UHGV virus genome: UHGV-0033546
Origin: a virus
Length of the DNA stretch: 64,000 bases
Reading direction: 5' to 3' (one strand)
Positions 57,580-64,000 of this stretch are shown here, in pieces (the stretch's first letter is position 1; every line of letters starts with the position of its first letter). The notes beneath the pieces were generated by a model. It was not told where the DNA came from. It was given only the letters and a program-made list of their open reading frames with translations, and did no database searches. The position numbers and the translations under genes are program-made.

Positions 57580-57885
57580 AAGCCTTGCGGCAACCTTGTC
57601 GGGGTTCCACCTGCTAAGGCAAGTGTTTGTACGAAACGCCGGGATTCGAACCCGGTTATTAAGTAGTTGACGCTACTCAATATTTTTAAAAGGCCATATC
57701 TCGACCATATCCGAACGTTCCGTCAAAAACGCTACTCGGCTTACGGTAAAGATATTTCCTCGAATCGATAATTCGGTGCGCCGTTTCAGCTGTGATAGTA
57801 AAGAACCAGAACACAGTAAAACTGTGGGAGGAACTATACTCCAGGGAACATCAGTCCGACGACTTACCGGTAGCGACCCGGTTTC

Positions 57886-58236
57886 TTAATATTCTTTTAA
57901 AGTATCAATCTGTTCACGACGTTTACGCCATAAATCAATTGCTTCATACGCAGATTCAGCATTTCGAATTAGTCGGCATTTGTGTAAAGACTTATGATTT
58001 TGATATTGTGTAGATAACGGAATTTTATCTAAAAGGTCTTTACGTTCAAAGTATTCGTAACCATCTAAGCCAAATGAACGATTTTTAAGAAATTGCCAAT
58101 GACCATATTCGTTTTCGACATAAACATAATCCGCGTGTTGATAAAGCAAATTAATTACACGTTCAGAAATAACAGTGTCATTGTGATTAAAATAAAATGT
58201 TAAATCATGAACTACTAAATAAACATTACCTTTCAT
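57886..58236 (-). CDS. hypothetical protein adjacent to tRNA cluster
   Basis: 116-aa ORF(-); no confident motif. Confidence 0.45.
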   Translation of the reverse strand: MKGNVYLVVHDLTFYFNHNDTVISERVINLLYQHADYVYVENEYGHWQFLKNRSFGLDGYEYFERKDLLDKIPLSTQYQNHKSLHKCRLIRNAESAYEAIDLWRKRREQIDTLKEY

Positions 58237-58252
58237 ATTTTCCTCACTTAAT

Positions 58253-58328
58253 TGGTCGAGGCAGTAGGGATCGAACCTACGACCTAGGACTTAGAAGGTC
58301 CTTGCTCTTCCTTCTGAGCTATGCCCCG
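58253..58328 (-). tRNA. tRNA-Arg (anticodon TCT)
   Basis: manual cloverleaf: acceptor CGGGGCA/TGCCTCG, anticodon loop CTTCTAA, T-loop TTCGATC, CCA encoded. Confidence 0.8.
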
Positions 58329-58332
58329 TAAT

Positions 58333-58408
58333 TGGGGTGACCGATGGGAGTCGAACCCATGACTACGAGAATCACAATCTCGAGTTCTACCAACTGAACT
58401 ACGGCCAC
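58333..58408 (-). tRNA. tRNA-His (anticodon GTG)
   Basis: manual cloverleaf: anticodon loop TTGTGAT, T-arm ATGGG-TTCGACT-CCCAT, discriminator C, CCA encoded. Confidence 0.7.
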
Positions 58409-58522
58409 ATTAATACCTACTCCAACAATCAAGATGTCTTCACACGAAATTAAGAGAAGAATGATCAGTTCAACCCTTATAATCGCGTCAAGTAGATATT
58501 AATGTGACAGTTGTCACAAATT

Positions 58523-58597
58523 TGGCGGACATGCATGGATTCGAACCATGGACCAATTGATTAACAGTCAACTGCTCTACCACTGAGCTACACATCC
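58523..58597 (-). tRNA. tRNA-Asn (anticodon GTT)
   Basis: manual cloverleaf: D-stem GCTC/GAGC, anticodon loop CTGTTAA, T-loop TTCGAAT, CCA encoded. Confidence 0.7.
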
Positions 58598-58601
58598 AAA
58601 T

Positions 58602-58688
58602 TGGTGGGGAGTGATGGAGTCGAACCACCCGAGTCGCAATGACAATGGATTTACAGTCCACACCGCTACCTCTACGGGATAACTCCCC
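58602..58688 (-). tRNA. tRNA-Tyr (anticodon GTA), type II
   Basis: 87 nt; perfect acceptor GGGGAGT/ACTCCCC, anticodon loop CTGTAAA, long variable arm; D-arm pairing imperfect. Confidence 0.6.
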
Positions 58689-58701
58689 CTAATTCATAAT
58701 T

Positions 58702-58776
58702 TGGTGGCCCTGGGTGGAATTGAACCACCATCTGGCGATTATGAGTCGCTTGCTTGAACCTTCCAGCTACAGGGCC
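58702..58776 (-). tRNA. tRNA with anticodon CAT (Ile2-lysidine type or Met)
   Basis: acceptor GGCCCTG/CAGGGCC, anticodon loop CTCATAA, T-arm GGTGG-TTCAATT-CCACC, CCA encoded. Confidence 0.65.
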
Positions 58777-58777
58777 T

Positions 58778-58853
58778 TGGTGCTGATTGACGGAATCGAA
58801 CCGCCGACATCCTCATTACAAGTGAGGTGCTCTACCTACTGAGCTAAATCAGC
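58778..58853 (-). tRNA. tRNA-Thr (anticodon TGT)
   Basis: acceptor GCTGATT/AATCAGC, anticodon loop CTTGTAA, CCA encoded. Confidence 0.8.
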
Positions 58854-58858
58854 AAAAC

Positions 58859-58948
58859 TGGCGGAGGCGATAGGATTTGAACCTATGAGTCGCCGGAGCG
58901 ACTGCCGGTTTTCAAGACCGGTGCATTAAACCACTCTGCCACGCCTCC
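58859..58948 (-). tRNA. tRNA-Ser (anticodon TGA), type II
   Basis: 90 nt; anticodon stem CCGGT/ACCGG, loop CTTGAAA, long variable arm, CCA encoded. Confidence 0.8.
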
Positions 58949-58950
58949 AG

Positions 58951-59024
58951 TCTCCATACAAGGATTTGAACCTTGGACCTCCTGATCCCAAATCAGGCGC
59001 TCTACCAAACTGAGCTACACGGAG
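58951..59024 (-). tRNA. tRNA-Pro (anticodon TGG), CCA not encoded
   Basis: anticodon loop TTTGGGA, T-arm CAAGG-TTCAAAT-CCTTG; 2 nt from tRNA-Ser (dimeric precursor as in T4). Confidence 0.8.
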
Positions 59025-59034
59025 TAAATTAAAT

Positions 59035-59108
<74 letters not shown>

Positions 59109-59113
59109 AAATT

Positions 59114-59200
59114 TGGTGCGAGAAGTGGGACTCGAACCCACAAGGAAATCATTCCGCAGCATTTTAAGTGCTGTGCCTTTACCAATTTGACCATTCTCGC
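59114..59200 (-). tRNA. tRNA-Leu (anticodon TAA), type II
   Basis: 87 nt; anticodon stem CAGCA/TGCTG, loop CTTAAAA, long variable arm, CCA encoded. Confidence 0.8.
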
Positions 59201-59201
59201 G

Positions 59202-59274
59202 CTGGGAATAAAGGACTCGAACCTTTGCATCCTGGAATCAAAATCCAGTGCCTTACCAACTTGGCTAATTCCCA
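59202..59274 (-). tRNA. tRNA-Gln (anticodon TTG), CCA not encoded
   Basis: acceptor TGGGAAT/ATTCCCA, anticodon loop TTTTGAT; 1 nt from tRNA-Leu (dimeric precursor). Confidence 0.8.
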
Positions 59275-59371
59275 ATTATTAACAAAGGCTCTTAAGCAAG
59301 AACCCTTGATGATAGAGGGTATTAATCAGTGCGATATGAGTTAATAATAACAAATAATTCTTAAAGCATAT

Positions 59372-59665
59372 TTACCATTTATGATAATACATATTTACGA
59401 TGCATTCAAGACCCAAAGGATTCTTGAAAATATCATATTCAAGAGGACCTTTTTCTGTTTCAATAAAGAAATCAAAATTTACTGTATTAAATTTACGATC
59501 TTCCTTCACTAATTTAACTTGAGAAGATGAACGGTCAATGTAAACCTTTTCAACTTCAAAATATGTTAAAATGCCATAATCATCAATCAAGGCTTTAGCT
59601 GCTTCTTGATCATATTTATATCCATTTTCAATGGATGATACTTTCGCATAAAGAATCATTATCAA
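59372..59665 (-). CDS. hypothetical protein
   Basis: 97-aa ORF(-). Confidence 0.45.
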   Translation of the reverse strand: MIMILYAKVSSIENGYKYDQEAAKALIDDYGILTYFEVEKVYIDRSSSQVKLVKEDRKFNTVNFDFFIETEKGPLEYDIFKNPLGLECIVNMYYHKW

Positions 59666-60063
59666 CCTTCATCAACAATAGTGTGCGTATTGGCATTTAC
59701 AATTTGCCACCAATCAAAGCGATTAGAACCACACATCGCTTTGTTTTCATTTTCTTTGATAATGTCACGAAGTTCATCTTCAGTGGAGGCTTTCGCGATT
59801 AAATCAGTATACCCACCACGTGGATAATAATTATCACCTGCAAACAAAAGGAAATTTACCTTCCCGGAAGGAACATATGCTTCCTTAGGATACTTGTTTC
59901 CTGCGTGGTCAACCACTTCAATATAACGGTAAGGAATATCGGTTCTTTCAACCCATTGCCATGCCGCTGCAGGGGAATCGAAAGCATCTACACCTAAACG
60001 ATTATCTTCATCTTTAGATGGATTATTTTCGTAATCCGCATATACATAGTATTCAACGTTCAT
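59662..60063 (-). CDS. hypothetical protein
   Basis: 133-aa ORF(-), coupled. Confidence 0.5.
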   Translation of the reverse strand: MNVEYYVYADYENNPSKDEDNRLGVDAFDSPAAAWQWVERTDIPYRYIEVVDHAGNKYPKEAYVPSGKVNFLLFAGDNYYPRGGYTDLIAKASTEDELRDIIKENENKAMCGSNRFDWWQIVNANTHTIVDEG

Positions 60064-60248
60064 TATTCACCTTTAGAAATTTTATCCATAACGATAGCGA
60101 TTAAACCAATTAAAAATGCTACTACAAGTGAAAACACATTTTCTGCTGTAGTTAATAATCCACATATAAATCCAACAAACATTGAAAAACTAAAAGCGGA
60201 AGCAGAAATTGCAATAGCAACATTTCGAATTAATTCACAACGTTTCAT
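60063..60248 (-). CDS. hypothetical small membrane protein
   Basis: 61 aa, two hydrophobic segments. Confidence 0.45.
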   Translation of the reverse strand: MKRCELIRNVAIAISASAFSFSMFVGFICGLLTTAENVFSLVVAFLIGLIAIVMDKISKGE

Positions 60249-60276
60249 TTTATTCTCCTCAGTAGTTGATAGGGTA

Positions 60277-60306
60277 ATAGTATCACTACTAAAACCCTAT
60301 GTAAAC
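60277..60306 (-). promoter_or_regulatory. T4-type early promoter
   Basis: minus strand GTTTAC, 18 nt, TACTAT. Confidence 0.5.
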
Positions 60307-60325
60307 AACTTTGTGAAATTGTTTA

Positions 60326-60613
60326 TTACAAAAGATTTTTAGCAATAATCTTGAGATGTGCTGCAGAAATGTGTTTAGCTTTAAACAACGCAGTTTCTTC
60401 AGCAGGAGAGATAACGATTGTAGCACCATCCTTTTTAGCAGACCACCCATCACCTAGGTAAACAGTACCTTTGATTTCTTCGCCATCAACCAGACTAATC
60501 ATTGGTTTACCTTCTCGTCCTTTATTTGCTTTAATAACTTCAGAAGTAAGAGTAGCCTCGGTAATGGTAGAAACCGGGGTAGTTGTAGAAGTAAATTCTT
60601 TGAAAGTTTTCAT
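60326..60613 (-). CDS. internal protein I-like (capsid-packaged)
   Basis: 95 aa; capsid-targeting-like N-terminus MKTFKEFTS; position upstream of 57B/57A as T4 ipI. Confidence 0.55.
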   Translation of the reverse strand: MKTFKEFTSTTTPVSTITEATLTSEVIKANKGREGKPMISLVDGEEIKGTVYLGDGWSAKKDGATIVISPAEETALFKAKHISAAHLKIIAKNLL

Positions 60614-60643
60614 TTTATTTTCCTAATTAATTTTGATGAGATA

Positions 60644-60673
60644 ATAGTATCACTACCTCATCAGCGTGTAAAC
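60644..60673 (-). promoter_or_regulatory. T4-type early promoter
   Basis: minus strand GTTTAC, 18 nt, TACTAT. Confidence 0.5.
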
Positions 60674-60685
60674 AACTTTGTGAAA

Positions 60686-61382
<697 letters not shown>

Positions 61383-61383
<1 letters not shown>

Positions 61384-62108
61384 TATAGTACCTTTAGTGT
61401 ATTTTTAATTTTAGAAAAAAGTTCTTCAAGAGAACCATCGTTTGTAATTACTAAATCACCATCACGAATTGGCAATCCAGCTTCTGTAATATGTGTATCA
61501 TTGGATTTTTGACCAGGACGAACTACATGAATTACTGTAGCACCCATCGCCCTAGCCGCATCCATTTCATGATCTTGACGAGTATCAGGAACGATATAAT
61601 AATCATAACCTGAATTAAATTTATCAAGATAATCTAAAGCAAATAATTTTACCCAATACATGCGGTCGAAGTTATTAACAATCAAATCCGTACCTAGGGC
61701 TTGCATCAGACGACGGACTGACCATTGATCTTCAATATTATTTATAACGTCAATAATCTTGTTAAATGCTACGGAATTAACTGATTCTTGTCCTTCGTCA
61801 TCAAAAACAAACACACCCTTAATTGGGCTTTTACCGTTAAGATAGCAAAATGCTTGTTCCATAATCGTGATTACTTCTAATTTAGTCAGATTTAAATTAG
61901 TCTCACGATCATAGTCAATTCCTTCAAACTCTTTACGAGTCAAGCAAGGATAGTCAGTGTTTGCTGCAAATACAGCCCATGCATAAGCCAATGCATCCTT
62001 AATCGGACCAGCAAGTTGGTATTTAACTGCAGAATAACTGTTCATAATAAAATCAGCAGTAGTATCTTTTCCACTACGCTTTACACCGCTTAAAAAGATT
62101 AATTTCAT
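61383..62108 (-). CDS. 1: deoxynucleoside monophosphate kinase gp1
   Basis: 241 aa from ATG 62108 (GAGGAG SD); MKLIFLSGVKRSGKDT P-loop. Confidence 0.9.
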
Positions 62109-62157
62109 GTGTTTCTCCTCAAATTTAATTAAGATTATAACACACAAAACTGAAGCA

Positions 62158-62688
62158 TTAAACTTCTGCTATAATTTTGCCATCTTTTTCTACTTGAAAA
62201 TAGGTGTAAGGAATCGTTGCAGTACATACTAAAGCCGGGTCTGAATCTTCCGTGTAGCTAAATTCTACTTCAGATAGGTCAGAAACCCAAGGCTTATAAA
62301 AATTTATTGACATCACGATTTCAGTTTTGCTATTATCTAAGATGTAAAGCGTAATGTACTCAGGACCTGTTTTTTGGGCAGTATTTTCACCTGTAAGATA
62401 GTTGCTAGTTCCTAGCATCCATTCATACATTCCTATCCACGACTTAAGCTCTTCATCAACTATAAATCTCACGATGAGTGGATCGTACTCAAATGTAACT
62501 CCTGGACGTTGTGCTCGGCCCAGTCCAAACGGCCCAGTCACGGTATCAGTAACAGGTATTCTAATTCCCGGAATAGGAACTGACTGAGCATTTAAAGTAA
62601 AAGCAGATGTAGTATTACTATGTGGTATTGATACTACAAAGTTAGTTGTATTTGCTTGGTTAAAAATTTGTTGTAATGCTTGCGACAT
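62158..62688 (-). CDS. 3: tail completion / sheath stabiliser gp3
   Basis: 176 aa from ATG 62688 (GAGGAA SD); MSQALQQIFNQANTTNFVV... matches recalled T4 gp3. Confidence 0.85.
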   Translation of the reverse strand: MSQALQQIFNQANTTNFVVSIPHSNTTSAFTLNAQSVPIPGIRIPVTDTVTGPFGLGRAQRPGVTFEYDPLIVRFIVDEELKSWIGMYEWMLGTSNYLTGENTAQKTGPEYITLYILDNSKTEIVMSINFYKPWVSDLSEVEFSYTEDSDPALVCTATIPYTYFQVEKDGKIIAEV

Positions 62689-62794
62689 ATATTCCTCATA
62701 ATGCTTTATAAATGTTGGTGGTATAATGGGTCTAAGTCCCTTCCATTCAATTCCATTTAGAACAAACAACAGAAAAGAATGGAAGATAATAGAA

Positions 62795-63619
62795 TTAAAT
62801 ATTTGACCAGACTTTGTTTGCAGAGAAACGTTTTCCTTTGGAGTAGAAGCTTTGGAGTGGCATTAACACAACGTTCGCCCAGTCTTTCGGGGCGATTTCA
62901 ACAAGGCTACCCATAATATTACCAGGTATATATGCCTTAATCATTTGGTCTGCACCTCTAAATCCTTTCACTTGACTCCAATCAATTTTTAATTTCGTTT
63001 TATTAGTAATAGTAGGTGTATTTGAATATTGCTTTAAAAGCTCTTCTAGAAATTGCTGACGAGCTTTAGGTGGAATATAGTGCAAGTTCAATCCATACAT
63101 TAAATTATGCTTACCTAAACCAAGGTAAATTATCAAAGGAAATTTATCCCAATAAGGAAGAGTTTCCTTGTGTTTAGCATCATAAGCAAAAGCATATATT
63201 CGTCCCGGCTGCGGGCGAACAACTTTATGTCCTTTTACTTGCTTAATAGTTTCAGCAAACCACTTTCTGGTTTTATTATTAATTGCTGCACCTTCATTAC
63301 GAATTTTATCACGTAATGTTTGTCTGAATGAATTTATCATAAGCAACTGTCTTTCTTGCTTATTGAGTTTATTCATTGGTTTTGATTCAAGCTTTTGAAT
63401 CTTTTCAGCCGTTTTAATTCCTGAAGCATATTTTGACATTGCTGAAGTAAATGTAGAGTATTTGATTCCTCTTTCTTCAGCAAATTGCTTTCCTGTCATT
63501 CCTTTTGCTTTGGCCTTTTTATATTCAAGACCTATCTGAATCCATTTCTTTTCGTTTAATGATTGCTTAACCTTTGGAACTTGGGGAGTGCTTTCATTAA
63601 TTATTTGAAAAATAGCCAT
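62795..63619 (-). CDS. 2: DNA end-protector protein gp2
   Basis: 274 aa; size and position between genes 3 and 4 as T4 gp2; sequence not verified. Confidence 0.7.
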   Translation of the reverse strand: MAIFQIINESTPQVPKVKQSLNEKKWIQIGLEYKKAKAKGMTGKQFAEERGIKYSTFTSAMSKYASGIKTAEKIQKLESKPMNKLNKQERQLLMINSFRQTLRDKIRNEGAAINNKTRKWFAETIKQVKGHKVVRPQPGRIYAFAYDAKHKETLPYWDKFPLIIYLGLGKHNLMYGLNLHYIPPKARQQFLEELLKQYSNTPTITNKTKLKIDWSQVKGFRGADQMIKAYIPGNIMGSLVEIAPKDWANVVLMPLQSFYSKGKRFSANKVWSNI

Positions 63620-64000
63620 TATGCCCCCTTAAAGCCAAGAGCTCGTAATCCATCTTCCGTTAGAATTCTAAATTTTATTCCACGCTTTTCAGCTAAAGAT
63701 TGCGCTGCTTTCCATTTGTCAGTATTAACGGAATATGTATAAATTTCATTCATGAATCTTTTCTTCGCTGCAGTTGTTAGATGTGCTGGTTTAACTGGTG
63801 GTTGAGTTTCTTTTTTAGGTTTTATTTCAATAAAAAATTCTTGTCCAGAAGAATCTTTCATCCAAATATCCATGAAGTATCTACGTTTTTTCCCTTCTGC
63901 ATTACAAAAATAAGGAATTACTGCTGTTTCACTACCCCATGCAATAATTTCTGGATTTTTATCTAACCATTCAAAAAAGAATTTTTCCCAATTTGATCTA
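63619..64000 (-). CDS. 4: head completion protein gp4, C-terminal part (gene starts beyond window end)
   Basis: frame open from window edge to stop at 63619; position after gene 2. Confidence 0.65.
   Translation of the reverse strand, partial: RSNWEKFFFEWLDKNPEIIAWGSETAVIPYFCNAEGKKRRYFMDIWMKDSSGQEFFIEIKPKKETQPPVKPAHLTTAAKKRFMNEIYTYSVNTDKWKAAQSLAEKRGIKFRILTEDGLRALGFKGA

Overview
This window is a contiguous ~64 kb segment of a T4-like (Tequatrovirus-type) myophage genome, colinear with the T4 map from dda to gene 4. Almost all genes are on the minus strand. Recognised by motifs and recalled T4 protein sequences (no database search was possible): dda, modA/modB, soc, 56, 61, sp, dmd, 41, 40, uvsX, 42, imm, 43, regA, 62, 44, 45, rpbA, 46, 47, alpha-gt, 55, nrdH/G/D, 49, nrdC, rI, tk, regB, denV, e, nudE, internal proteins, 57B (Acb1), 57A, 1, 3, 2 and partial 4. 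Eleven tRNA genes lie at 58253..59274. Many T4-type early promoters (GTTTAC -35, TATAAT-like -10), a MotA-type middle promoter, TATAAATA late promoters and CUUCGG-tetraloop hairpin terminators are visible. It is not T4 itself: nrdD has no intron, the 56-61 interval is too short for dam, a GT-A glycosyltransferase sits where T4 has beta-gt, there are three extra tRNAs (Tyr, Asn, His), and two free-standing homing endonucleases sit in the 45-47 replication block. No single confirmed novel system was found; the strongest candidates are an AAA+ ATPase / DUF4031-like / nucleotidyltransferase cluster, a tandem array of paralogous coiled-coil proteins, a macro-domain protein, a host-like GrcA homologue and an anti-defence islet between genes 61 and 41. 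All T4 gene names are from memory and position, and several start codons were re-assigned by eye.
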